Assembly (NCBI GenBank): GCA_951406725.2
Contig: OX597831.1
Coordinates: 59,768,001 to 59,832,000 of the forward strand
Direction: 5' to 3'
DNA: 64,000 nucleotides
DNA from: Octopus vulgaris
Taxonomy: Eukaryota
Of this stretch, positions 1-15,085 are shown piece after piece (the first letter of the stretch is position 1; each line of letters opens with the position of its first letter). The notes under the pieces are model-generated. The model did no database searches, was not told the origin of the DNA, and saw only the letters and a list, made by a program, of their open reading frames with translations. Made by a program: the position numbers and the translations under genes.

Positions 1-1363
1 CATTTAAAGCGGTGCCCCAGCATTGCCGTAGTCCAAGATAGAAGGCTCTCATTTGTAACTACAGCAATATCATTTAGTGTTGTCGCTCATTTTCTTCCTT
101 GTTATTTGCAAATGAATCTTGACATTCAGTTACCCCAAGGAAGCATAACCAATTATACTGGAGCTAAGCTACCGGAATGGGTACCAAAATGGGTATGAGT
201 ACATTGCGTAGTCATGCGATTACAAAATTCAAAATCAGTATATCACTCTTACTTTTATGCACATAGTGCCAAATTTAATGCTATGTCTATATAGCAACAC
301 AAATTGAAATCTGATTTTTAAATTGAATTTATTTCTGCTTAATCGAATAACTAAGGAATGATGTAATGGTAATGACCTTTTTTTGCTTAGAAGTAAAAAG
401 TATCGCAAATAAATGGCTTTAGTCAAAATTGAAATGTAATATTTTGCTCAGATACTGTAAAGGCTTATGTATTTTAAAATTAAGGAAACAACGATCCATG
501 AGCAAGGGGAAAATGCCGAAATGATTGTCGTTGATATGCACTCACCGTGCAATGACGCTAGAATGCGCTAGATCGAAAATTATTATCATATAACAGCTGT
601 GTTAGGGAGAAATTCTGTAATGTGTTTATAGGAATTTGGGAGGTCAGATTCAGTAGAATTTCTGATAAATGCAATAATGCTGCATTCACAAATTTGACAC
701 TGCCTTAGTGCCTTGTGGAGTTGTAATGTTAAAGAAACAACCACAAACAAATAATGAGCAGTGACACATTATAAACTATGTGAAAACTTCATATGGAGAC
801 CATAAATCTATGCTAAATGATTCCCAAATAATGTCACCACGATTATTTACAAGCTGCAAAGTTTGAAACAAGCCCGTTCTTTTACGTTTTCCTGGAACAA
901 CTGTGGTATGTGTTGAGAGACAATTTGGGCGGCATCTTCCTGTGACATTTCTCAAATAACTTTGAATATTTCAGTTGTGTGCTGCTCATGGCTTGAGAGT
1001 ATCCCTGATCCTTATATTTTCTTCATATTCAAGGATATGGTAAAAGCTTTTTCTTGAAATTTATCAATCGAAATGTCCAAGAACAGTCTTGTATTTCAGT
1101 GGAATTAGTTCGCCATTTGTGATAGGGTGGGAGGAAATGGGGCGCTTTTAATTTACCGACGAAATAATCTAATAAAAGCATAGACAGTGGTAATTCTGTA
1201 AATAGGTGGAGTCAGTGATTGCAGCAGTCAATTAAGGATAATAAAGGAGGGAGTTGCTGTATCACTCGAAACGGTGTAGGAGGAATATGAAGCTAGAAAC
1301 AATTGTTTATACTTCCGTTATTGTAGAGTATGCATTCAGAAAGATGGAAAAAGTGATGTACCT

Positions 1364-1506
1364 ATGTATGTACATAAGGTTGTATGTATGTATGTATGTA
1401 TGTATGTATGTATGTATGTATGTATGTATGTATGTATGTATGTATGTATGTATGTATGTATGTATGTATATATATATATATATATATATATGTATGCATG
1501 TATATA

Positions 1507-1565
<59 letters not shown>

Positions 1566-1640
1566 GTATATATATATGTATATATATATATGTACATATA
1601 TACACATAATTTATACAGATATATATATATATATATATTT
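1364..1640. repeat. (TATG)n/(TA)n compound microsatellite
   Basis: Seen directly; source of spurious YI/MYVC ORFs. Confidence 0.97.
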
Positions 1641-1974
1641 ACTCTACTGATGTTGACCGATGTTTACAAAGTCTGTATTCTCATAAGTGTCACAGCGATA
1701 GTCTGTTGACTGGACTGCATCATCGAGACGGTGTCACCGGTCATCTTAGATGGCAGTTGCTGCTCGTGACGCGAGAAACTTTTACGCTGATCTGTCTGCA
1801 GCAGGGTTTCAAATTCGCATGGATTAATGCCGCTCCATTTGATGTTTCTTTTCAGAAAATCGTTGTATATCAGTTTATATAAACTAAGGGATAAGGCAAA
1901 AATATTATTGATTAAACTCGAAAGCAGAAAACTATGGAGAGAAACCTTTCCGGGTAGAATTGAATGCAGGTCCC

Positions 1975-2125
1975 AAATTGTGACACAAGGCCAGCAGTTC
2001 AAGGGGAGGGGGTAAATTCAATTACATCAACCCTTCTTTTCAAGTGGTACGTATTTTCTCGACCTCAAAGAACGAAAGGCAAAACTGACCTCGGTGGAAG
2101 TTGAACTCAGAACAGATGAAATGCC
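1975..2125 (-). mobile_element. Degenerate tRNA-derived SINE fragment (family of 11968-12545)
   Basis: Reverse complement resembles GTTCTGAGTTCAAATTCCGCCGAGGTCGACTTTGCCTTTC...AAGTACCAG. Confidence 0.75.
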
Positions 2126-4367
2126 ACCATAATTTCGCACGAATATTAAAGGAAATTCATGAGGAGCGGGGTGTGATGGAGAAAAAAGTCGACACAATCT
2201 CTCTCAAATTAACTGAAATATCATTTAAAACCTCGGGATCGGTTTAGGTGTTGATAGATAGGACTACTTAGATGCGTTTGAGAGTTGCATTATATGAATG
2301 CTGTTCAGAAGTAGCACTTCTTTTATTGTTCTTCGTCAGAGAAACATTTGTTAAATTTCTGTTATTGTATCGAACTTTTTAGAACGAACACGCTGACTGT
2401 GGTCTACAGAGATAGTATATTTCGTAGATCTTGGACTTGCCACACATAATTGCAACTATGTAATCTGACAAGAAGAAAAAATAATAAAGAATGGCCGAAT
2501 CTTGGCTATTCATTTTGAAATTATTTATATCCGGATGTTGTCAATAATTTCAGTTACAAATATATCTAGACATGAACTAACCTTTTGGTTTTCTTTAATT
2601 AGATGTATATTTCAAATCTCAAGATTTGAAGCTTACTGCAGTCATTTTAGCATTATTTTTAGTTTATACAAGCAATAGGATATTAATATAATATTGAATT
2701 TACTATTAATATTTTTATTGTGAATTTGGAATAATTTTTGCTGTATATTCTCCTAAATATAAAAAAAAATATGATACATTTATAATCGTATAATCTTATG
2801 TTATGCATAACATTATTGGTAATTTAAAACTACCAACCCTCTGCAGCGTTTACTACTAGTTATTAACAAATGCTTTCAGATATATTTTATCGTTTTGGTT
2901 CAGTTGAAATAATTGTCCTGTAATAGATTTAAATGATCGATGTATATAAATATTTCAATAACGAATGTGTATGTATATTGATCATTGTATGAGAATAATA
3001 TAAAGTCCACCATGTATTATGATTTCTTTCTCTCTCCCTTTTATTCTCACTCTACTTCATGCTACACATATTTTTTAATTGTTAAAAACTATCAGAGAAA
3101 ACAAAATGAGGCATGCAAACGATAAAAATTATTTCTTGCTCTACAGAATGGTAGTCACTTTTAATGACCATTTTATTTCAAATAAAACTAGACATTTCTT
3201 TTTAATTTTATTTGCTCTTAGGAATATCACTTGTTATATACCCCGTTATATACCTAAAGAAATATGAAATGCTTTTATGCCCGCGTGTGAAAATGCGTTT
3301 TTATAAAGTTTTGTTTCTGAGTTTGTGATTGCTTATTTAGTATTGTACGTCTCCTCTTTCCTTATCCGAAATTTTCTTTTTACAGATTCAATAAATGTTT
3401 ATAAAATAAATGGAAATCTCTTGCTATTTGGAAAATTTTATGGCTGAAGGTTTTCATCCGTGGGAGGAGAGAAAAAATACTGTTTTAATCCGATTACGTT
3501 GATATTTAAAAACAGAAATATTGTTTCTCATTTGTTTGTTTCCCATATTCATAGCTTAATTTATAATCAAAATATTTTAAAAGACTTAGAAAGTTATTTA
3601 TTTTTAGTGTTTTGTTACCCCTAAGGAATAAATAAACCATTTTAATTCTCCCAGATTATATGCTGTTACAATTCCTCCTCTATTTTTTACATAGCTGACT
3701 ACATTAATTCTTTTATCTTTAGACATTATTAGCAAAATTCTCACGAGATATATTTATTTTTTTTATATTTCCCATTGTTGATTATTCAATAAAAGTATTA
3801 TCATATCCTTAATGCCATACCAAACATTTGTGTAGTTTTCAATAAAAATCTATTATACATGTTTATTTAATTTTACTGATAACGGTAATATTTTTCAACC
3901 TTTTCTGTGTCTCTAGATGGAGGAGCATAAATAAAAAACGAACAAAAATGTCAAAAAACTTAAACAAGTGTCAATTGGAGAAATAATATTCTTTGATTTA
4001 CTGAATTATTTTAAAGGAACAACTTCTAAATTCCCTTCAAGTTACATTATTCGATATCTTTGTGATAAACCATATGTCCTCCGTCCTTAAACCTGCAGTA
4101 AAATATATTTAAACGCACAGCAGGTCATGTTACATTACCGCAGTCAACGAACATATTATATAAGGAGAAAGGAAGAGAACAACAGCGTAACATCTTTGTT
4201 GTATAATGATTCATTTTAGATAACATTTTATTCACCATGAACATGATTATAACACTAAAAATATTTGAAGATATGGCTTAACAAATAAGTTTCGTGTACA
4301 CTGACAGTAGAAGACAAGTGTACACACACACATACATATATGTATTCATACATACATACATGCATAC

Positions 4368-5143
4368 ATATCGGTTCATTAAGAATGTAAAGTCCAATTC
4401 TGAACTGAATTTTTTTTAACTTCCGTTAATCAAAATATGCACATAAATTATCAACATAATTTGCTGCCAGCAAATATTTCTGGAGAGCAAAATATGAGGA
4501 AATCACGAAAAGCTGTTTTTGCATCTCCTTCACAGTTAAAGTTTTTTCCTTGCAAGAAGTTGTCTAATACCTGGTAATCAGTTGGTGCACAGTCTGTTGA
4601 ATATGATGGATGACAGACTACTTCCAAGTTTACTTCTTGTAACTTGAGTAGCGTTCTTTGTGCAACATATGGTCGAGAATTGTCTTGCAGGAAAATTGGG
4701 CTGTTCTATTGACGAATCTCGGTTGTTTAATTGCAAGTTCACTCATCATTTCATCCAGTTGTTTGATGTATACATCCGTTGTACTTTACTTAACAGGTCT
4801 CATAAAGCTGTAGTAGATGACACCAGTGCTGGACCACTGAACAAACATAATTAGCGTTTTTTTTGGTGAATACACTCTAGTGGATTGTCTTTTGGCACTT
4901 TATCTCTATCCAACTTGCTATTGTTGCCAACAATCCAGTTTTCAGCACGCGTAAAAATACAATGCAAATATAGTTTGCTTTTAGGCCGTATGATTTACAA
5001 GGGAAAACTAACAAGAAAATGAGACAACTTGAATTGCAATACGAAGAGTAATATATCTCTTCCATGCTCTAAAACAAAGAATCGTTACAGACTGTCTGAC
5101 TTGTTGCATAAAAAATCGGACATTTCATTTCTTATGACCTGAT
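4368..5143 (-). mobile_element. Decayed mariner transposon
   Basis: Minus-strand translation with frameshifts: WSSTGVIYYSFM..YIKQLDEMMSELAIKQPRFVNR..FLQDNSRPYVAQRTLLKLQEVNLEVVCHPSYSTDCAPTDY (mariner HDNARPH and YSPDLAPxD motifs); degenerate TIR-like ends. Confidence 0.85.
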
Positions 5144-7451
5144 ACATACATACATACGTACGTACATAATACAAACATACATACATACACGCACACAGGG
5201 AGACAGACACACATAAATGTATGTCTTCATGCATGTACATATGCGTGTGTGTGGTTATGGGTTTTTGTGTTTATTTATGTATATCAGACGCATTTGGTCC
5301 GGTGTCGCCAATAGTGCTTTAGTTGAAGAGCAAAATCTGCTGTTTTGACAAGAAAATCTTGAGTTGTTTCCCTCTTTTTTTCTTCCAATTTAAACCATTG
5401 TGTGCTATTTTTTGACACTGAACTATTGCGGTTCCTTACGTTCTTAGCTTTAGCGTAGTTTCATTTATAAATCTTCTCTAAAATTTATTATGATACTGTT
5501 TCCGTAATTATAATCAATTTACACAATATTTTTTGTATTTCAAATTCCATCTCATTTCTGGATTTTATCTAACTTCTCTATCTTTTCAGATGAACATTTC
5601 TATATATTTTTACTTTCGATTTTTTGTCTGCCATTTATATTGCAAAATACTTGGCACCGAACCCCATTTACAAATCCAAGCGCATGCACATAAAATATTC
5701 TAACAATTAAATGAAATTTTCACATGAATAAATATTAGAATATTTGTTCGTTATCCTTACATGATAATAGATTCTTGATTATTAATTCGTCTAATGGATC
5801 TGTCAGTTTTCAAAGTGGAAATAGATTTCTATAATCATGCTTATATTGTCTATGACAGCGGGACAACTCGTGTCAATTGAAGTTGCCCATGCACAAAATG
5901 GAGCTGATTTTCCTCTCATTACACTTGTATCAGAGTCAAAACCAATTTAACATGCTGCTTATATGGCACCTCTCCAGACAAAAATGACGGTAGCAGGAGA
6001 AATATTTGGAACGTTAATTTTTTACTAGAGACGGGTACTTTTTCATACAATTCTCATTTGTCAATGGGTAAACAATATGCAAACTTTATATAATTTTTTG
6101 TAAAATTTAATTTATTGACGTTAATGATCGCTAAATTGTACTCTACTTAGGTGAGAGAAAATCATCATGATAGAGAGTCAATCAGATACTAAATTTCTTT
6201 TACCAGACAATCTTTTAACGTTAAGTAATTAATGAGGAGTAAGATGTGATCTTGTTGGATTCATTTATATTTTCCCTCTATCTAGATCATTCCCAATCCG
6301 TCGCCAATCTCAGAGGTGAGTTGAGCAGCGAAGGCTCGGTCGTAATCTAGAGTCTTCTCAAACTCAAATTCAAAGCAAGGAAACAGATTGGATAAAAAGT
6401 TGAACCAACGTGTAATTGGGAGATGGATTATAAGTAAATCCAGTTGGAGAGATTTTCTCAAAGTGCATAAAATCAACATGGGATGACATAGACCTCTATA
6501 TAATAAGCGAACAATGTTTGCCGGTTAGGCAAGAAGAATAAAAACAAAAGGGAGGTTATTAACAGGCATGGGAATTGGCGAAATAAAGAGGAATGTAGTA
6601 AACAATTATAGTGTTTCATCAGGAGAGCGCGTGTCTGGCGTGGACGGCGAAATGTTGGCATTGAAAATGTAAGTCAATGAATACGTGTATTGCTGGCAAA
6701 TAAAGCAGAATTAAGGGGAATGGCTATATAGCATGGATATGATGACTTTGATATGACACAATGAGTGTCACGTGTTGATATATAACAAGCAAAAATGAGA
6801 ATAAAAATACATTCTAAGATATGTACTTAGGCGAAAGTTAAAAGCAGAAAACAAAAAAAAAGACTGTTGAAGCATCCGACGGACACAGAAGTCGTAGATC
6901 AACCAGAACATCAACAACAAAACTTCTAAAAATCAACAGAGACACATAAGATACATGTACATCACAAATCCTGCTTTCTGGAATATATACTGCAGTAAAT
7001 GCAGGTAGAAAAGAATCGTAGGGGAAGATCCCCATAAGAAATGAAAAGGAAACATCCTACAGTTAGTCACTTCACAGAATGCTGGCAGGAGAAAATACTA
7101 AAGGCAATACGTCTTCCAGCAATTAGAACACCACCAACATAAACAGCACCACTACCTCCAATACCCGCAGTAGGAATACCACAACTACCAAAGATGTTAC
7201 CACAACCATCGTCATCGCCATAAAAGACAACACCACCAGCAGTACTACAATTCTCTCACGATAATCGAAACCGAATCTCACTCACAGAAACCGCCAGAAC
7301 AACATGCACAAAATGTACAAATGAAAAACTTCAACAGCTGCATAGTCAGTGACACACCCATAGCCGAAGTCACAGAACAGGAAAAGAAACGGATCTATAA
7401 GTTACTACAAGACATTATGCAAAATTATTAGATGACAAACCATATAATATA

Positions 7452-8172
7452 CCAGTAATTTATTGATATATATATATATAATATACTGTTGAAATTTCGT
7501 AGTTTATATGACTCATCTTTTAATCCATTGATCAGATATAAATATCGAACGCAGCATATGTATATTACACTAAGTAATTAATATTACACAGAATTAAGGC
7601 TATATTTTGCGACAGGGATTTCGAAGAGAATTCAAAATGTATGCACATTTCTGAAAACATCACAAGTAACAGTGAATACATCACAAATCTTTTGGGAATG
7701 CACTGCAACACTGTTTTGCGGTTGACTGGTTAGTAGCGTGTTCATCGTAATCTATAACATAAGACGCGAAGAAATATTATTCTTAATGTCGACTAGCAAA
7801 CTTTCTCTCACGTTCAGATATGTCGTATTCGCAATACTTGTGCGTAAATAGATTTGCTACTCGTTACCGAACAAGAGTAAATATAGAGCAATAACAACAT
7901 ACAAACAACTTTAGTATATATTATGTAATTATAAATATGTGTTCACATATAATAATGTTACCATGGCGTTAGTCATAGTGATTATTTGTAGCTTTACAAT
8001 AAATTAATTATTTTCTCTGCTCTTAACTTTATCGAGTCAAATGTTAATGTAATTTTTTCCAGTAATTTATTGGAAAATATATATAATATACTGTTGAAAT
8101 TTCGTAGTTTATGTGATTCATCTTTTAATTAATTGATCAGATATCTATATCGACCGCAGCATATGTATATTA
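7452..8172 (+). repeat. Pair of ~115-bp imperfect direct repeats (7452-7567, 8059-8172)
   Basis: Both copies read CCAGTAATTTATTG..ATATACTGTTGAAATTTCGTAGTTTAT..TCATCTTTTAAT..TTGATCAGATAT..TATCGA.CGCAGCATATGTATATTA. Confidence 0.85.
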
Positions 8173-8671
8173 AATGGAATTGTTTTCGAATCTCAATTAA
8201 ATTTTACTAGCTTTAGTTTATAACGTTCATTCAATGTGTGCAGTATTGAAATACTTTATTGATTCCGGACTTTTAATGTCTAGTTTTCATCTACGAATTG
8301 CATCGTCAATAAATTGTTTTTGTCATATGAAGTAGAAGAGCGAATATCACCGTGTTTCTAAACGAGATGAGACATACGGAAATTTTACACTTGATATTAC
8401 ATATACATAATGGTTACTGGTTAATTTAGTATATACCTCCTAAAATCGTAAGTATATAATTAATGTCTATAATTTAAGAGTATTGCAGCAGAGGGAATTT
8501 AGAAAGACCACCGATACTAATGCATGTATACGTGAGTACTTTCACAAATGTATAATGCACACACACATACACACACAGATATATATATATATTTTAAGGA
8601 ATATACATGTATGTGTGTGTTTGTGTAAACTTCTTTTCAAAATTAGAATTTTTGAAACGGATATATATACA

Positions 8672-8711
<40 letters not shown>

Positions 8712-11700
8712 TTGATAGATTGATAGATAGATAGATAGATAGAATACATATACAAATATACAACAGCGATTTTAATGCGGTATTGATGACAACTGTCCAA
8801 CGAACGGGAAATTCTGAATAACAATTCTGTGATAATAATTTTGCAGCTTTAATAAAAAAAAATAATTACTCTACCTTTGGTATTCGAGTACTACATTTCC
8901 ACCAAGACACCCCCACACACATCCACATACTTTTTGGGTTTAGCAAAGCAACCAATGGACAATTAAGATAGAGTAGCGTGTCCTATGACAATCAGAAAGT
9001 AATTTGCACTTTCCATTCAACCGCTTGGTCAGAACATTTGGTAAGATTTGGGAACTCTTCTTCATTGAGAGTGAGAAGCTGACAGTATGTATTTACCCCC
9101 AAATCAGCGTGGCTTGAATTCATCTTGTTAGTTGGTTGATAGTCTAATTCTTCAGCAAATAATTTCTAGTAAGGCTATTCGTCCCTTAGTATTTAATGAT
9201 TGTATTCCTGTTTGCAACACGGTAACATTATTTCTTCATGTCCATTAACCTATCTCGTTTGACATCGGTGTTATAATTGCGAGGCAATTGTCGGTATTTG
9301 CCAGTAGTTGGTTTTTAGCGACAGGAAAATCCAGGCTTTATGCTGGGTCAGGGAAAATCAGTCATGTATTTTTGTCTACGATATAGTGTTCCGGCCAGGA
9401 AGTACCAAAGCGCATCGTCATTTATGTGGTTACTGTAGTATTACCAATAAATTATACTTGTCTAGAGATGCAGTTTAAACATATGCAAAGTGTATTCACA
9501 GTAAGTTGTATTTCAATCATGAGCTTCATTTGAATTTGCGGCTATTCACCTTCAATTAATGTTAACAATGGTTTGTAAGACGTATAAATACTATATTTTA
9601 AGACTGTGGACTTCATACTTTAAAATCAATTACGAAACTTTTATGAATTATTTAAACAAATTCAATGAAGCAGTATCACATTCTTTATTAGATTTCTATT
9701 TTAACTTTCACTGAAAAATACACATGCGTTGATAATAACATAATTGATATTGTTATTCAAGTTGGGAAAATTAATGTAAACCATACTACGTTGCTCCATC
9801 AAATGGATATATCATGCAGCGTTCATTGAAAGATCTTTCATTATACGTCAAATAATTGAAGGGGAAATATTACGGTTAACAATGTGAAACGAAAGCTTCA
9901 CTTCACGTGATGTTAACATTTATAACCAATAATAGGCAATGTTCTTAATGCTGCACTCGGATAAATAATTTTTAAAATATGTTTGTTCAATGTCCTTAAA
10001 TTGTTGAGTGCCTTAAAATTCAGTGTTGAAATCTAAACCACAAACAAATGTTTAGTGGTTGCCCATACGGTATTTTCTCTTTATAATGCGTTTAATAGAA
10101 CATAGCCGTTTAAGAGAAACTCTTTAATATTAGAGTTGAAATTCCAGTATCACTCCAAAGTGACATAGGTAGATACGGCATTAATTCGCTCACACTGGAA
10201 TAGTATCTACGCTGCTCTTTAAAGCGGAATCTTCTCATTATAGAATAATTACTTAAATATTTATTCTATTGCGAATCCCTATAAAATGTTATGTAATTTT
10301 CAGGTAAGGAGTTTGTGAGAATTCTTTCGAAATAAATATGTAGAATATATTAACACATGAGCTACGATGGGCTTGCAATTGGTCTCTGCACTGCATAGTC
10401 AATGATGCTTTTTAATGCCAAATACTAAGGAGTTTTATGTGCGCAGGGTGAATTTGAACACACCAACGATGTTCGCCTCTTCAGTGACAAGATACAGAAT
10501 ATCCACCGTATTTTCTTTTCCAAGATCAGATTTGACTGGTGAAAGTAAGGCGCGGACAAAAGATGAGGAGTGATTCCTATTTCCACCGAACAATGCAGTC
10601 ACCATTTTTGTTTACATCGTTGTTTCACAGTATATGCTCTGTTTATGTCTCTCCACTCAAATTAGTACAACGTCGATTCTGATTGTGACACTGAAGCTTT
10701 GATGGACGAACCCAACTCAGCGGTTCTAGAAGTCAACGAACGAGATACGGGGGGAAATGGCGGAGGTGGTCTGCAGACAACAGTCAATGACGTTGATGAC
10801 TAGAAAATCCTTACCAATGTGTATGACAGATTAAAGATCACATAGTTTCTCAAGCTGTTACTAATGCGCATAGCGTAATTGTTGTATTCTTATGAAATTG
10901 TGACGAGAAATTGATCACTGATGCAAAGCTGAGGACTGTAATACGAGATAATGGTTCTCCGAAGCTGACATTTCGATCGTCGTAAAAGCAGGGGACCTCT
11001 CGTGACTTGGACATCTCGTGATTTGTAAATGTCTTAATCCTGGCCTTCTTGAACCATTATACATTCGTGCGTGTGTATTTCAGTGTTTGTTTCAGGCGAT
11101 AGATACATAGGAAGCATTATTTGCATTATCAGCATCTCAATTAAAATTTTAAATATTTACAAATTACGGATACATACAAGCATTATCTTTGAAAGTAACA
11201 TTCGTTTTCAGATTATACATTTGAACGGAATTACTGGCATAATTCCCAAACCGAGGAAGCTATGCATTTCGAATTCTCAACAAATATACTTGAGATTGTG
11301 TTGCAGAAATGAAGTGCGAAAGAAGACAACTGAAAAAGAATCATCGAATGTGCACCCAAATATTCCATGGATAGAAGTGCTGTACTAAGTTATACTGTCA
11401 TTTCCCTACAATGTATCAGATGTCAAATGTCTCTAAATACACTTGAAATAGGTATCAAAAAAATGCATGACTCATTACCAATTTTATTTAACCAACACCT
11501 TGTTTAGAGCACGTACACAAGATATTTATGAATTTCCGAAAATGCAATGCTATAAAACACTGAAAAATTAAATTAGTTCAGCGGTTCACGCTCCTCGTCG
11601 TACAAACTCAGAAGCCTATAGCTTGAGAACATCCATAAAACTCTCAAAATTTCTGGTTTCAGATATATTTCTGGATTGCTTGAAGAAACATGCCTACTTC

Positions 11701-11967
11701 AACATAGACTACACTAGCCCAGACATAACATTGTTTTCGAAAGAAAGACAATGAACTCAGTTGTAATCACAAGTTTGTACACAGCATAAAGATGAGTATT
11801 GATTAATGATTTATTAATTGCCTGCATCATAGAATACCCCAATACGATTTATTCGCAGTTTGGTGTTTATTTTGATATGACAATTATGATATGCAAAATG
11901 GAGTTGCGAGTCAAAATATATACGTGTGTAGCTCTATACTTACGTTTGCACGAATTTTATAACACTA

Positions 11968-12545
11968 AGGCGGCGAGCTTGGCTGAAACTTTAGCACGTC
12001 AGGCGAAATGCGTAGCCATGTTTCGTCTGCCGTACGTTCTGAGTTCAAATTCCGCCGAGGTCGACTTTGCCTTTCATCCTTTCGGGGTCGATAAATTAAG
12101 TACCAGTTATGCACTGGGGTCGATGTAAACGACTTAATCCATTTGTATATCCTTGTTTGTCCTCTCTGTGTTTAGCCCCTTGTGGGTAGCAAAGAAATAG
12201 GTATTTCATCTACCGCTACGCTCTGAGTTCAAATTCCGCCGAGGTCGACTTTGCTTTCATATATTCGGGTTCGATTAAATAAGTACCAGTTACGCACTGG
12301 GGTCGACATAATCGACTTAATTCGTTTGTCTGTCTTTGTTTGTACTCTCTGTGTGTAGTCCCTTGTGGGTAGTAAAGAAATAGGTATTTCGTCTGTTTTT
12401 ACGTTCTGAGTTATAATTATGTTCTGAGTTCAAATGACTCCTTTCGGGGTCGATAAATTAAGTACCAGTTACATACTGGGGTCGATCTAATCGACTGGTC
12501 ACCTGCCCCAAAATTCCGGGCATTGTGCCTAGAATAGAAAAGAAT
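11968..12545 (+). mobile_element. tRNA-derived SINE with internally tandem-repeated ~175-bp body (about 2.5 copies)
   Basis: A-box-like GGCGAGCTTGGCTGAA and B-box GAGTTCAAATTCC; central GTCGACTTTGCCTTTCATCCTTTCGGGGTCGATAAATTAAGTACCAG recurs three times (third copy partly deleted). Confidence 0.88.
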
Positions 12546-13459
12546 TTCATGATTCTGCACCACGATACAGATTTTTATGAGTTGCTGCCTCTCTCTCATT
12601 GTAGAACATACTATGGATCCACTCAATCATAAAACAATAGAAAATTATTTCTAATCCATATATTACCATGAAATGATGTTTATTACATAAATTGGAGAAG
12701 TTTATTCGAAATATCAATTTGTTAACACAGCAAAATCCCTGATTTTCATTGAAGTAGGAAGAATACTGTATTAAGAATCAATTGAGATTGCATGTATAGA
12801 AACAAACTGTATCATATTTGTTTTCATATGAGATAGGACGACAAAAGTCAATATGTGATTATATTTCAGCGTGTTAGCAGCTGGCATTTTTGTTCCATGT
12901 CGGTCTAAAAAATAGAGGATTATGTGAACGCTGTTTTGTCACCATGATTAATTAGATCAGACCAGCAGGAATTGACAGATAATGTGTTAAAAAAGAATTA
13001 GTTCTATGCCAAATCAATGATTAATTACCATGATAATGGTTTGTGATTTCAGCGGCAAAAGAGGGGTAGAATATACAAGATTGGAAATAGTAATCTTTAA
13101 ATGCGGATGAAAAAAATGTAACAGTGTTTAAACTATACTTTAACATGCACCTGATTAATCATATTGACAACATGAAAAGACAGAGATCTTTCACTATTGT
13201 ACAACTTGCTTGTTTAAAGTTGATCAAAATATTGTCGAGTTCCTCTATTAAATCTAAAATCATCGAAATTAAAGTGCAAAGTATATACAAAAAGAAAAGA
13301 TGTGATCGAGGAATTGTAATTATTATTTTACAACCTAATGTATGGAATGGAGACATTAATGAAATCATATAGCAGGAATGTGTTTTGCGTGTAATATAGT
13401 TTTAAAAAGATAGCAAATGCGCTTATAAATGTAATTATAAAGGAAATGAGTAAGGATTA

Positions 13460-13514
13460 TCAACTTTCCAGGTACATATTGGTGGTCAGAGTAGAAAAGT
13501 ATCGACCATTTCTC
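13460..13514 (-). CDS. Candidate terminal coding exon of an unidentified minus-strand gene (RNGRYFSTLTTNMYLES*)
   Basis: tttctag acceptor; phase-2 start compatible with upstream candidate exons; no homology recognised. Confidence 0.2.
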
Positions 13515-14894
13515 CTAGAAATTATTGGAAATATATAACGAATATACAATGTTGCATTTGTTTTTCCAAACAAAATCAAATTTTTCGTTACATAAAATAT
13601 ATACAAACCGATTTTTAGGTTGCTGAAAGTCACTAATATATAAAAAAAAGTCTCGACAGATGCGAAGAGTAGGAGATCTTCAAACACAAAGTGCTCCTCA
13701 TGCAAGATTTAGAATCTAAGGCAAGAATAAGTTGCACGATGAGATACTTCTTGTTTGGAGAACTTCTACAGTCCAACATTCCCTAGATCGCCTTGCTATA
13801 ATTGAAGTAGTATGAATAAATTGTAGTAAAGAATATTGCATTATAAGCAATAATCTTTAATATGCACGATTATGAAAATGAATATTATTTGATTCTGAAA
13901 ATGAATATTATTATAATGCCTATTATCGATTAGGTGCTAATTGTAAAAAGATTGCATGTGGTCTTTAATTGACATTCCTTTGAAAAATGATATGTTGTTT
14001 TGTATAATCTATATATTATTCCAAGCTTCGGGAGTATGTCCTTCTGGTTCCCCTATGTCATCAATTCCCCGATGTCATCAATTAACTTACAATAAAATAT
14101 ATTTCAGTTGCATTATTTATACTGAAGCAATGTTATATTCTCTCCGATATCGTTATATATTCATAATAAAATTGTCCAGTTATATATCACAAATGGGCAT
14201 TATAAAGATTATATGTTACGTGCTTTAATGCCGTACTCACCTTAACTCAATTTGATGGTTATAATTAAATGAAGTTTCATTAATCAAATATCAGAAGGTG
14301 AATCTTTTACGAAGTAACTGGAACGCTAATACAAATTACATACATGATTCTCAAACTTTGTTCGTGGACAACTGATTTTCTGCTATATATTCAAGGTCTT
14401 TGATTGCTTATCATAACATCACTTAAGTATTGAGAATTACGTAATCTTTATTATTAATATTTTTAATGAAATACTAAATGTTTATCATGAGAAGGCTACA
14501 CGAACGCAAACATAACAATGTTTATCTTCTTTCGGTGACTGAAGTTCATTATTATACAATTTCTGATTGACCCCTAGATGCACCAAATATGCAATATGTT
14601 AGTAATACAAAAACATTTTAATAATTGTATTCATAGCAACATATTAAATTACTCCGGTACTATAATCATTACTAATATTTGTTTGGCGGCGGTTTAGCTG
14701 ATTATGCTTGGCGCACCTGATTAGAAGTCTTCAAGAATTACGGGCTTAAGTTGTATGCTATAGTGATACAATTCACATGACGTATAAGTTTGTACGTGTA
14801 CCCTTCCTATTATAATTAATTTTATACAAATCAAATTATAATTATGCAATATATTACCATTTTACATACGGAGGCGAAATGAATTGATATTACG

Positions 14895-15085
14895 TGTGCA
14901 TAGACGTTAGCAGACCAGCCATAATGATTATCAGCATTTTATCTGTCATCGTGTTCTGAGCTCCAAATGCGCCGAGGTTGAATTTGCCTTCAATCATTTC
15001 GGTTTCGGTATAATAATAACAATTCAAAACTGGGATAGATGTCCCATCTCTCCCGAACTTACTGGCCTTGTGCTAAAATTTGAAA
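14895..15085 (+). mobile_element. Old degenerate SINE copy (family of 11968-12545)
   Basis: GTTCTGAGCTCCAAATGCGCCGAGGTTGAATTTGCCTTC..., tail GGCCTTGTGCTAAAATTTGAAA. Confidence 0.7.

Noticed and set aside
1254-1709. Long YI/MYVC, poly-I, poly-N and poly-Y ORFs here and at 16.4-17.3, 35.3, 36.7, 39.0 and 59.0 kb
   Set aside because: Translations of microsatellites, not genes
2325-2345. Isolated CTGANGA heptamers (also ~9150, 10480, 15207, 24830, 60604)
   Set aside because: No stem II, GAAA or stem I complement nearby
10666-10803. Acidic open frame YNVDSDCDTEALMDEPNSAVLE...DD* after an AG
   Set aside because: No recognisable homology or partner exons; could be transposon debris
14235-14320. 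Strong minus-strand donor AAG|GTGAGT
   Set aside because: All frames from the nearest acceptor contain stops
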